A stretch of DNA of 24,000 bases, taken from an uncultured Halomicronema sp. Lineage in GTDB: Bacteria > Cyanobacteriota > Cyanobacteriia > Phormidesmidales > Phormidesmidaceae. The position numbers were made by a program, and so were the translations under genes. A model generated the notes under the pieces. The model ran no database searches, was not told where the DNA came from, and saw nothing but the letters and a program-made list of their open reading frames with translations. The stretch is taken from positions 61,979-85,978 of the forward strand of contig CALCCA010000087.1 of the NCBI GenBank assembly GCA_937899725.1, written 5' to 3'. This document shows, piece by piece, positions 1-7,449 of the stretch (position 1 is its first letter; each line of letters opens with the position of its first letter).

Positions 1-540
1 ACGTTGGTTGGTAGTTATCGCAGGGTGTGCCATCGCCTCGCGTGACGCACTAAAACCAACACTGGCGGTGCTTTGGGCCAATAGCCCTCCGGGCATAGCT
101 TCGCTAACGTCCCAACACACCGTACAGCAATATTCCTTTATGGTCACCGACAGGCAGGCTTTGCCGACACGTTACGTTTCCCTGAGGGTACACAGCGCTT
201 TATCTGCCTCAAACGTGGGCTGAACTGGAGATCTCCTCTAACTCCCCCTTCGTAGCCTGAGTTCGGGATGGCATGAGGCAGGCTTAACCGCTCGTTGAGG
301 CCACAATCCTCTCTGGCGAAGGTGCCAAAGGTGGCGTGGGTGTCGCTCATCCTGCTGAGAGTGGTTCACCCAGCCCATTAGCTCTTCCCCAGAGGGAAAA
401 AACCGAGGTTTGGCTTAACCCGCACTGGCGTTAAGAAAGAAGTGGTAGATCGCTCTGCCATGCCCCAGGATTCGTCTAATCGCGAGCGTATTTTGGGCGC
501 GATCGCAGTAGAAGTGGATGGCTTTGCGGTAATTAGGTGC

Positions 541-566
541 ATAAAAAAGCCCTCGTCAAGAGGGCT
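541..566 (-). terminator. Intrinsic-terminator-like hairpin (AGCCCTC / GAGGGCT, 5-nt loop) followed on the minus strand by a T-run
   Basis: Plus strand reads aaaaaAGCCCTCgtcaaGAGGGCT (stem 548-554 / 560-566). The minus strand therefore reads as a stem-loop followed by TTTTTTAT. It is part of a duplicated module (see 838-893). Confidence 0.55.
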
Positions 567-595
567 GAGATGTTTGCTCTAACAACGTTTGATAA
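541..595. repeat. Copy 1 of a ~55-nt direct repeat (terminator hairpin plus conserved tail tgtttgcNctaacaacgtttgaNaa)
   Basis: 541-595 (ataaaaaagccctcgtcaagagggctgagatgtttgctctaacaacgtttgataa) aligns by eye with 838-893 (ttaaaaaagccctcctgaagagggctatgttgtttgcactaacaacgtttgacaa). Confidence 0.8.
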
Positions 596-837
596 AGGGT
601 TTATACCGATTTTCTAAAATCTAGCTATACATCCTTTCCCCTTTGCCCCCGTGCTCTCATAGCCCTCCACTACAATCTGTAGCTCTATTCTGGAGAACTG
701 GTATTAGCTGGGCTGACTAGAGCCACACATCAAGGAACCAGAAAAGGAGAGACCTCATTCATGCGCCACTGGCGCAGACAACAGCAACAAGCTAAAAAAT
801 CGATTTCATGCTCAGTCAGGCAAACTATCAGGAAAGC

Positions 838-893
838 TTAAAAAAGCCCTCCTGAAGAGGGCTATGTTGTTTGCACTAACAACGTTTGACAAG
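838..893. repeat. Copy 2 of the ~55-nt terminator-containing direct repeat
   Basis: Same alignment as for 541-595. The two copies lie 297 nt apart. Confidence 0.8.
839..863 (-). terminator. Intrinsic terminator candidate for the minus-strand operon ending with the DUF1257 gene
   Basis: Stem AGCCCTC (845-851) / GAGGGCT (857-863) with loop ctgaa. An A6 run on the plus strand gives a T-run after the stem on the minus strand. It lies about 165 nt downstream of the stop at 1028. Confidence 0.6.
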
Positions 894-1027
894 TTTGTCG
901 CTAGGACTGCAGGGCAAAAGTCTCCCAACCCTAGAACGGTGACCCACCTTGAACCTCAAACCTTGCACTCCAAGCCGCGAACCTTAAACCCAGTCATTGC
1001 CCACGGATAGCTGGACGCCGCCCGCGG

Positions 1028-1411
1028 CTAGCCCCAGCGCTGCACTAATAAGCGAATGGAGCCATCTTCGCGCTGCTGCTGCTCAGCCACTTCAAACCCT
1101 TGCTGCGCCGTCTCCTGCAGAACGGTGTGGTAGGCGTAGCGCTGGGTGATGAGCTGCAAAAACCCATCCACCGACAGGGGCTGCTGCCAAAACTGTAAAT
1201 CTGACACCAGGGCATATTCCTGACCATTCCAGGCGAAGCCGATATCGTGCTGATTGGGCTGCGCGATCGCCAGATCGACGCTGCAGGTTTGGCCCTGATA
1301 GCCTCTGACCTGAGCAGGGCCAGGCTGCCATTCGATCTCTAAATCAGTCAAGGCTAATTGCAGGACTTCTAGATTGCGCAGGCGAGTTTTGATGTGGCTA
1401 AAGTGAGACAT
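1028..1411 (-). CDS. DUF1257 / Ycf35-like small soluble protein (127 aa)
   Basis: N-terminus MSHFSHIKTRLRNLEVLQLALTDL..., VRGYQGQT and DIGFAWNGQEYALVSDLQFWQQP match my memory of the cyanobacterial and plastid DUF1257 (Ycf35) family. It is the last ORF of the minus-strand operon. Confidence 0.7.
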   Translation of the reverse strand: MSHFSHIKTRLRNLEVLQLALTDLEIEWQPGPAQVRGYQGQTCSVDLAIAQPNQHDIGFAWNGQEYALVSDLQFWQQPLSVDGFLQLITQRYAYHTVLQETAQQGFEVAEQQQREDGSIRLLVQRWG

Positions 1412-1459
1412 GGTGAACCTTGCAAAACGACAGACTTTTGGGTGCCGCTCAGGAGGGCG

Positions 1460-1606
1460 CTATTCGCGGTCGATGGGATAGGTTCTATAAGAATAAATCC
1501 CAAATACTAGACAGCCAATGAGCAGCAGAATGAGTGCTGAAACAATGCCACTAGCCGTCGAGCTAAAGTCACCTTCTCCGTAAGCTAAATAGAAAATATT
1601 AGGCAT
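1460..1606 (-). CDS. Hypothetical 48-aa single-pass membrane protein between psbH2 and the DUF1257 gene
   Basis: ORF 1460..1672 trimmed to the ATG at 1606, which follows GGAGGTAAAA (strong SD). Product is MPNIFYLAYGEGDFSSTASGIVSALILLLIGCLVFGIYSYRTYPIDRE, with one clear hydrophobic helix. I recognise no family match. Confidence 0.4.
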   Translation of the reverse strand: MPNIFYLAYGEGDFSSTASGIVSALILLLIGCLVFGIYSYRTYPIDRE

Positions 1607-1658
1607 TTTTACCTCCATGAACAGATAAGGAATCGCTGAAGTAATTTTCAGACTGGGT

Positions 1659-1880
1659 TTAATCCAAGTCAAATACCGGCGTCACGTCAAAATCATTTAA
1701 CAGGATGGTGCCGTTGTAGAGCTGCAGAATAATTATGATAAAAACTAGCAGCGACACCAGGAGGACTCCCATGAGGGGGGCAGTGCCCCAGCCTGGGGTA
1801 ACCCGACCCGCCTCGGAATTGAAGGCTCTCAGCGCATATTGCAAAGGAGCTGTCTTTTTGGAAACGTATTTTTGCTGCAT
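1659..1880 (-). CDS. psbH2: Photosystem II reaction-centre protein H paralog (PsbH, far-red type by context)
   Basis: 73 aa. ...[41 protein letters not shown]... aligns with the canonical PsbH core NSEYGKV.PGWGTTPLM...FL.IILQIYNS. Confidence 0.9.
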   Translation of the reverse strand: MQQKYVSKKTAPLQYALRAFNSEAGRVTPGWGTAPLMGVLLVSLLVFIIIILQLYNGTILLNDFDVTPVFDLD

Positions 1881-2142
1881 GAATAATTTCTCGGTTCAGG
1901 AATGGCAATTGTGTAGTCGTTGACGATGTCGTTTAGGCAACGTTATTGGGGCAGTTTGTTAGAGAGTTGCTGCTTTTGCAAAGCTGATGATTTTAGAAGC
2001 TGTTGAAAGCGATTAAGGAAACTGTATCCGCATCACAGATCAGGCACAGAAACCATGTTTGCCGGGGCTTGGCAGTGCCAAACCCCGGCGGCGATTGGGG
2101 CGGCTTTTTTAAGCAACTGTTGGGTTGGCAAGTCCGGTAATC

Positions 2143-2167
2143 GCGACAGCATGTTGCAGGCTGTCGC
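2143..2167 (-). other. 8-bp stem-loop about 19 nt downstream of the psbB2 stop
   Basis: GCGACAGC (2143-2150) / GCTGTCGC (2160-2167) with a 9-nt loop. There is no T-run, so this is more likely an mRNA stability or processing hairpin than a terminator. Confidence 0.4.
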
Positions 2168-2185
2168 CATTCGGTAGAAACCCCA

Positions 2186-3724
2186 TCAAATCGTGGTCGT
2201 GGGCGTTTGCCGCGAGGTGGGATCGCCCACCTTACTGAAGTAGCCCCACTCCACCTGTTCTTCGTTCAGATCTGGATCGATGCCCGAGAAGACATCTTGG
2301 AACAGGGCTCGCAGCCCATGCCAGATATGACCAAAGAACCACACCAGGGCAAAGCAGGCGTGGAAAAAGGCGAAGAAGCCCCGATTGCTGGTGCGGATGG
2401 CACCGTCGGAGTTGTACACAGTGCGGTCAAACTCAAAGGGTTCGCCCAACTGCGCCTTACGCGCATATTCTTTGACTTTTTGCGGCTCGGTAAAGGTCTG
2501 CCCGTCGAGCTGACCGCCGAAAAAGCTGACGGTTACGCCCGTTTTTTCAAACCCGTATTTGGCCTCCGATCGCCGGAACGGAATATCGGCCCGGACGATG
2601 CCTTCGCGATCGGTTAGTATCACTGGAAAGTTTTCAAAGAAGTTGGGCATGCGCCTGACCTCGAGCTCCCGACCTTCCTGATCTTTAAAGACCGGATGCC
2701 CGAGCCAGCCAGTCGCGAGGCCATCGCCATCGACCATGCGACCGACGCGGAACAGGCCGCCTTTGGCCGGGCTATTGCCGACATAGTCGTAGAAGGCGAG
2801 CTTTTGTGGAATAGCCGACCAGGCAGTCTCTAGGTTTTGACCGGCCGCTTCGGCAGCATGGACTCGGCGATCGATTTCTTCGTGAAAGTAGCCCTTATCC
2901 CACTGATAGCGGGTTGGCCCCCACAGCTCAATCGGGTTAGTCGCCGTGCCGTACCACATGGTGCCGGCGGCGATAAAGCCCGCGCCAAAAAAGACCGCGA
3001 GGCCGCTGGCCAGAGCCCCTTCGATATTCCCCATACGGAGGGCTTTGTAGAGGTATTCGGGCGGCCGCACCAGGATATGGAACAGGCCGCCAATAATGGC
3101 CACAATGCCTGCCGCAATATGATGGGCTACCACCCCGCCAGGATTTTGCGGATTAAAGCCAGCGGCTCCCCATTCGGGGGCAACGCCCTGCATATGGCCC
3201 GTCAGGCCATAGGGATCAGAGACCCACATGCCGGGGCCAAAGACCCCAGTTAAGTGGAAGGCCCCAAAACCGAAACACAGCAGCCCGGCCAGTAATAGAT
3301 GAATGCCGAAGACTTTAGGCAAGTCGATGATGGGCTCATCGGTTTTGGGATCAAAGAACGTCGCGACATCCCAGTAAACCCAGTGCCAGCAGGCCGCTAG
3401 GAATTCTAGGCCAGAGAACACAATGTGGGCGATCGCGACGGTTTCAAACGTCCAAAAGCCAGGGTCGGTAAAGGTTTCGCCGGTGACGCTCCAACCCTGC
3501 CAAGAGTTGGTGACGCCGAGGCGAGCGACAAAGGGCATCAAAAAGCACCCTTGTCGCCACATGGGATTGAGAATCGGGTCAGTGGGATCAAAGCGCGCTA
3601 GCTCAAAGAGCAGCATGGAGCCAGCGAATCCGGCGCAGAGGGCATTGTGCATGAGATGCACTGCCAGCAATCGGCCCGGATCGTTGAGCACGGAGGTGTG
3701 AACGCGGTACCAAGGCAGTCCCAT
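2186..3724 (-). CDS. psbB2: Photosystem II CP47 chlorophyll-binding protein paralog (PsbB)
   Basis: ORF 2186..3838 trimmed to the ATG at 3724. This gives the canonical CP47 N-terminus [20 protein letters not shown] and is preceded by AAGGAG. The product is 512 aa, with CP47-like blocks throughout (e.g. [13 protein letters not shown] near the C-terminus). Confidence 0.95.
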   Translation of the reverse strand: MGLPWYRVHTSVLNDPGRLLAVHLMHNALCAGFAGSMLLFELARFDPTDPILNPMWRQGCFLMPFVARLGVTNSWQGWSVTGETFTDPGFWTFETVAIAHIVFSGLEFLAACWHWVYWDVATFFDPKTDEPIIDLPKVFGIHLLLAGLLCFGFGAFHLTGVFGPGMWVSDPYGLTGHMQGVAPEWGAAGFNPQNPGGVVAHHIAAGIVAIIGGLFHILVRPPEYLYKALRMGNIEGALASGLAVFFGAGFIAAGTMWYGTATNPIELWGPTRYQWDKGYFHEEIDRRVHAAEAAGQNLETAWSAIPQKLAFYDYVGNSPAKGGLFRVGRMVDGDGLATGWLGHPVFKDQEGRELEVRRMPNFFENFPVILTDREGIVRADIPFRRSEAKYGFEKTGVTVSFFGGQLDGQTFTEPQKVKEYARKAQLGEPFEFDRTVYNSDGAIRTSNRGFFAFFHACFALVWFFGHIWHGLRALFQDVFSGIDPDLNEEQVEWGYFSKVGDPTSRQTPTTTI

Positions 3725-3804
3725 TAGGGTCTTCTCCTTGTATAGGGTGGACAGTCGGAAGGGGTTCGGAGGGGCGCGGCATTCGTGGGAATGCCGATCC
3801 GGAG

Positions 3805-3870
3805 GGGCGAGGCATTCTCGATTAAATATCTGGGTCAAAACCAGTCAGTTACCGCGAGAATGCCTCGCCC
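3805..3870 (-). repeat. 66-nt hairpin element, copy 1 (16-bp stem, 34-nt conserved loop), just downstream of the psbC2 stop
   Basis: GGGCGAGGCATTCTCG (3805-3820) pairs perfectly with CGAGAATGCCTCGCCC (3855-3870). The loop attaaatatctgggtcaaaaccagtcagttaccg is nearly identical to the loop of the copy at 7352-7417. Confidence 0.75.
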
Positions 3871-3898
3871 GTACGGCACGGGGAGAATGCCTGTCGCT

Positions 3899-5347
3899 TT
3901 AGCGCAGGCTGGGGTCGATCGGTGGCATCGACAGCACCGGCTCGTTCTCGCGATCGAGGCCGGTTTCAAAGCCAGCAGCTGTGGCGCGGGCGCGACCCGC
4001 GTGCCAGAGGTGCCCGACGAGGAAAAAGAAGGCAAAGATAAAGTGAGCCGTGGCCAACCAAGTCCGGGGTGAAACAAAGTTAAAGGCATTTGTTTCAGTG
4101 GCTAGCCCCGCGACGGAGTTAATGGAACCCAGCGGCGCATGGGTCATGTACTCGGCAGCGCGGCGCAGCTGCCAGGGCTGAATATCGTGCTTGATTTTCT
4201 CGAGGTCGAGGCCGTTGGTGCCCCGGAGCGGCTCTAGCCAAGGGGCGCGAGCATCCCAAAAGCGCATCGTTTCACCGCCAAAGATGATTTCGCCGGTGGG
4301 CGATCGCTGCAGATATTTACCAAGCCCGGTCGGCCCCTGAGCTGAGGCCACATCAGCTCCCAACCCTTGATCGCGGGCTAAAAACACTAAAGATTGCGCC
4401 TGCGAAGCCTCAGGAATCGTGGGGCCATAGAACACGCTGGGATAAGCCGTATTGTTAAACCAAATAAAGGCGGTAGCAATAAAAGCTTGACCAGCGACGT
4501 TACCCAAACTCTGAGAGAGATAGGTCTCGCCCGTCCAGGGAAAGAGGTTATAGGTCCAGCGGAGGGGCGGCACGAGAATGTGCCAGATGCCACCAATGAC
4601 TAGCAGGCTGCCAATCCAAATGTGACCGCCAATGACATCCTCTAAGTTGTTGACGCTGACAATCCAACCGCTACCGCCGGTCGGCAGGCGCAGCAGATAC
4701 CCAAAAATGACGCGGGGGTCGAGAGTGGGGCTCGTAATCAGCCGCACGTCGCCGCCGCCCGGTGCCCAGGGGTCATACAGACCGCCCCAAAACATCGCTT
4801 TGCCGACAAACAGCAGGGCAAAGATCCCCAGCATGAGAATATGAAAGCCGAGAATTTGGGCCACTTTCGCCCGATCAGTCCAGTCAAACTCGAAAAAGCC
4901 TGAGAGCTTTTCGGGGCCTTGAATGGCGTGATAAATACCCCCCGCACCCAACACGGCAGAGCCAATCAGGTGAGCGACGCCAATGGCGAAAAAGGGAAAA
5001 ATGTCAGTGACGGCTCCCCCTTGACCGACCCCAAAGCCCAGGGTCGCAATGTGGGGCATGAGAATGCAGCCTTGCTCATACATCGGCTGCGACAGGTTGT
5101 AGTGGGAGACCTCAAACAGGAGCATGCCGCCGGCCCAAAAGGCAATCAGGCCCGCATGGGCGATATGCGCTCCGAGAAATCGTCCCGTCAACTCAGAAGT
5201 AATAAATCGGGCATTACCGGCCCACCAGGCAAAACCGCTGGACTCTTCGTCGTAGCCAGCGCTAGCGGGGGCAAAGATCGAGCCTTCCTCTACCAGGGGC
5301 TGACTCGACGTGGCTACGCTCGGTATCGTTTCGATGGGTATTTCCAT
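3899..5347 (-). CDS. psbC2: Photosystem II CP43 chlorophyll-binding protein paralog (PsbC)
   Basis: 482 aa. Contains [52 protein letters not shown] and C-terminal [11 protein letters not shown], all CP43 hallmarks. GGAGG lies 9 nt upstream of the ATG. Confidence 0.95.
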   Translation of the reverse strand: MEIPIETIPSVATSSQPLVEEGSIFAPASAGYDEESSGFAWWAGNARFITSELTGRFLGAHIAHAGLIAFWAGGMLLFEVSHYNLSQPMYEQGCILMPHIATLGFGVGQGGAVTDIFPFFAIGVAHLIGSAVLGAGGIYHAIQGPEKLSGFFEFDWTDRAKVAQILGFHILMLGIFALLFVGKAMFWGGLYDPWAPGGGDVRLITSPTLDPRVIFGYLLRLPTGGSGWIVSVNNLEDVIGGHIWIGSLLVIGGIWHILVPPLRWTYNLFPWTGETYLSQSLGNVAGQAFIATAFIWFNNTAYPSVFYGPTIPEASQAQSLVFLARDQGLGADVASAQGPTGLGKYLQRSPTGEIIFGGETMRFWDARAPWLEPLRGTNGLDLEKIKHDIQPWQLRRAAEYMTHAPLGSINSVAGLATETNAFNFVSPRTWLATAHFIFAFFFLVGHLWHAGRARATAAGFETGLDRENEPVLSMPPIDPSLR

Positions 5348-5437
5348 CAGGGGTTAACCTCCTCAAAATATGACTGTTGGGGCGCGCGATATCGCCTGGC
5401 TGGCGTCGCGATCGCCCTCTCTTGGGCACACCGAAAC

Positions 5438-6496
5438 CTATTCACTAAAGCCCCGAGGTAGCACTTCTTCGGGGAAGACGAACTTCTTCGCAGGCTGATC
5501 CATCTCTGCCATCCAGGCCCGCACCCCTTCGTTGAGCAAGACATTCTTGGTATAGAAAGTCTCGTATTCGGGGTCTTGCGCGGCGCGGCGCTCCTGACTG
5601 ACAAAGTCATAGGCCCGCAAGTTGAACGACAAACCCACCATGCCAATGGCGCTCATCCACAGGCCAGTGACCGGCACAAACAGCATGAAGAAGTGCAGCC
5701 AGCGCTTGTTGGAAAAAGCGATGCCAAAAATCTGTGACCAAAAGCGGTTGGCGGTCACCATCGAATAGGTCTCTTCGGCCTGAGTGGTGGCGAAACCTTT
5801 GAACGTGTTTTTGCCCGTTGAGTCTTTGAACAGGGTGTTTTGGACGGTTGCCCCGTGAATGGCACAGAGCAGGGCTGCGCCTAACACCCCCGTTACCCCC
5901 ATCATGTGAAAGGGATTGAGCGTGTAGTTGTGAAACCCTTGGAAAAACAGTAAAAATCGGAAAATAGCGGTGACGCCAAAGCTAGGCGCAAAAAACCAGC
6001 TAGATTGCCCCAAGGGATACATCAGAAACGTGGCAACAAACACGGCGATGGGGGCCGAAAAGGCGATCGCGTTGTAAGGACGAATGCCGATCAGGCGAGC
6101 CACTTCGATTTGTCGCAGCATAAAGCCGATTAGGGCAAAGGCCCCGTGAAAGGCGGTGAAATTCCACAGGCCGCCGATTTGACACCAGCGCACAAAGTCA
6201 CCGTTGGCCTCCGGCCCCCATAGCAGTAAGAGCGAATGCCCCATGCTTTCGGCTGGGGTGGAGACGGCAACCGTCAAAAAGTTGCAGCCTTCGATATAAG
6301 AGCTGACTAAGCCATGGCTATACCAAGACGTCACAAAAGTGGTGCCGGTAAACCAGGCGCCGATCGCCATGTAAGCGCAAGGAAACAGCAGTAGCCCTGA
6401 CCAGCCCAGAAACACGAAGCGATCGCGCTTCAGCCAGTCATCGAGCTCAATTACCCAGCTCCGAGCTGGTTTTTGGGCTCCCATTGAAATTGTCAT
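5438..6496 (-). CDS. psbD3: Photosystem II D2 reaction-centre protein paralog (PsbD)
   Basis: 352 aa. Contains [61 protein letters not shown] and C-terminal FPEEVLPRG, colinear with D2 over its full length. Confidence 0.95.
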   Translation of the reverse strand: MTISMGAQKPARSWVIELDDWLKRDRFVFLGWSGLLLFPCAYMAIGAWFTGTTFVTSWYSHGLVSSYIEGCNFLTVAVSTPAESMGHSLLLLWGPEANGDFVRWCQIGGLWNFTAFHGAFALIGFMLRQIEVARLIGIRPYNAIAFSAPIAVFVATFLMYPLGQSSWFFAPSFGVTAIFRFLLFFQGFHNYTLNPFHMMGVTGVLGAALLCAIHGATVQNTLFKDSTGKNTFKGFATTQAEETYSMVTANRFWSQIFGIAFSNKRWLHFFMLFVPVTGLWMSAIGMVGLSFNLRAYDFVSQERRAAQDPEYETFYTKNVLLNEGVRAWMAEMDQPAKKFVFPEEVLPRGFSE

Positions 6497-6575
6497 GGAT
6501 ATATTCCTCGTCGATCTAAATAGGTTTGGTTAAAGGCCACTCAGCTGGCCGGTCTCAACACCGTTAAACAGCCCG

Positions 6576-7109
6576 CTAAGCCACAGAATCGCTTTCGCCG
6601 GGGCCATCGTTCATGAAATAAGGCGTGCCGGGGAGCGCGAGCTCTTGAATGATTTCGTCAAAGTAAGGAATGATGGCCGCCGCATCAGTGGCGTCGAGTT
6701 GGGCGATCGCCTCCGCCTTCAGACAGCGCATGTACTGCAAGACGTTGGTTAGGGGAATGCCGACGTTGGTGTACAACTCCTTCATGCCCACGAGGCCAAT
6801 TTCTCGCAGGGGGCGATCGTCGCCCGCCAGCAGGCAATAGCTAATCAAGCGCACGTACCACCCCATATCGCGCTTAGCAGCGGCGGTTTTACGGCGATTG
6901 CCGCTATTGCTCGGCGTGCGGGGGCAAATGCGCCAAAATTGGCGAGTGCCTTGCTCCACGATGGTTTCGGCCTTTTGCTCTAGCGTTTTGGCGAGCCGTA
7001 CGCGCTCGGTGCCCGTTTTGCAAAAGGTGCGAATCGTGCGCAGCTCGCCGGGGGTGGGATAACGCTGCTCTTCGTCGGCGTTGAGAATGACCTGTTTCAC
7101 AATGCTCAT
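6576..7109 (-). CDS. apcD3: Allophycocyanin alpha-type subunit paralog (ApcD family) lacking the canonical bilin-binding Cys
   Basis: 177 aa. The globin-like phycobiliprotein fold motifs ICPRTPSNSG...KRDMGWYVRLISYCLLAGD are present. The position aligned with Cys81 (SCQRD / SCLRD in the two sister paralogs) reads AAKRD. The symbol comes from the known FaRLiP order apcA2-apcB2-apcD2-apcE2-apcD3. Confidence 0.82.
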   Translation of the reverse strand: MSIVKQVILNADEEQRYPTPGELRTIRTFCKTGTERVRLAKTLEQKAETIVEQGTRQFWRICPRTPSNSGNRRKTAAAKRDMGWYVRLISYCLLAGDDRPLREIGLVGMKELYTNVGIPLTNVLQYMRCLKAEAIAQLDATDAAAIIPYFDEIIQELALPGTPYFMNDGPGESDSVA

Positions 7110-7297
7110 GATTCTTCGGTTTCAGAAAGGGCGGTTTCAGCAACGGAGTAGATCCGCAGGCCCCCGAACCAGCCGATATGAATGCGGTAGTCCAAGGGGT
7201 TGCGGCTGCGGTACAAGGGCTGCAGCCGCGTCTGCGGGGTTTCGACGTCCGGCTCAATGACGGACAAAGGCGCGGTGGGATGGGAATGAATGTGCAT
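7106..7297 (-). CDS. Hypothetical 63-aa protein, translationally coupled (ATGA overlap) to apcD3
   Basis: The ORF fills the space between the hairpin repeat and apcD3. Its TGA (7108-7106) overlaps the apcD3 ATG (7109-7107). The C-terminal half ...YRIHIGWFGGLRIYSV... is only faintly reminiscent of the GG-x-I-x-x-V end of CpcD/ApcC small linkers. There is no clear SD. Confidence 0.35.
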   Translation of the reverse strand: MHIHSHPTAPLSVIEPDVETPQTRLQPLYRSRNPLDYRIHIGWFGGLRIYSVAETALSETEES

Positions 7298-7351
7298 GGT
7301 TTTGAGGAATAGGGGTCACGGCAGGGGCGAGGCCGGCGCGATTATGCGGAG

Positions 7352-7417
7352 GGGCGAGGCAGGCGCGATTCAATATTTGGGTCAAAACTAATCAGTTACT
7401 TCGCGCCTGCCTCGCCC
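7352..7417 (-). repeat. 66-nt hairpin element, copy 2, just downstream of the apcE2 stop
   Basis: GGGCGAGGCAGGCGCG (7352-7367) pairs perfectly with CGCGCCTGCCTCGCCC (7402-7417). The loop is attcaatatttgggtcaaaactaatcagttactt. A partial tandem copy of the left arm lies at about 7324-7342. Confidence 0.75.
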
Positions 7418-7449
7418 GTACGGGAGTGGGGAATCGCAAGGCCGCGCGT

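Noticed and set aside
254-284. 15-nt identity to the 5S rRNA loop-C core (CCATCCCGAACTCAG on the minus strand) inside a 6-bp hairpin
   Set aside because: The flanking sequence cannot be folded or aligned as a 5S rRNA: there is no helix I partner and no GTGAAAC-type continuation. No 23S or 16S rRNA gene is adjacent. It is kept only as part of the unassigned-region finding.
8-350. Track ORFs 8..223 (+) and 144..350 (-)
   Set aside because: They overlap each other on opposite strands, have no SD, and their products have no recognisable motifs. They lie in what looks like non-coding sequence.
499-506. Frequent GCGATCGC octamers (e.g. 499-506, 1263-1270, 3429-3436, 4300-4307, 5408-5415, 6063-6070, 6419-6426, 6703-6710, 7706-7713, 7755-7762, 7912-7919 and more)
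   Set aside because: This is HIP1, the genome-wide highly iterated palindrome of many cyanobacteria. It is useful as a taxonomic hint but is not a locus-specific feature.
1881-2185. Search for a psbT paralog or other small gene between psbB2 and psbH2
   Set aside because: The only ATG frames give non-hydrophobic peptides of 25 and 39 aa ([25 protein letters not shown] and MLSRLPDLPTQQLLKK...). Neither resembles PsbT.
3725-3838. 38-codon extension of the psbB2 ORF, and similar extensions of apcB2 (11284-11379) and apcE2 (9823-9906)
   Set aside because: The internal ATGs reproduce the canonical family N-termini ([16 protein letters not shown], ApcE-like MTDR...PQQYHTVP), and two of them have AAGGAG upstream. 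The psbB2 extension also runs through the intergenic hairpin repeat.
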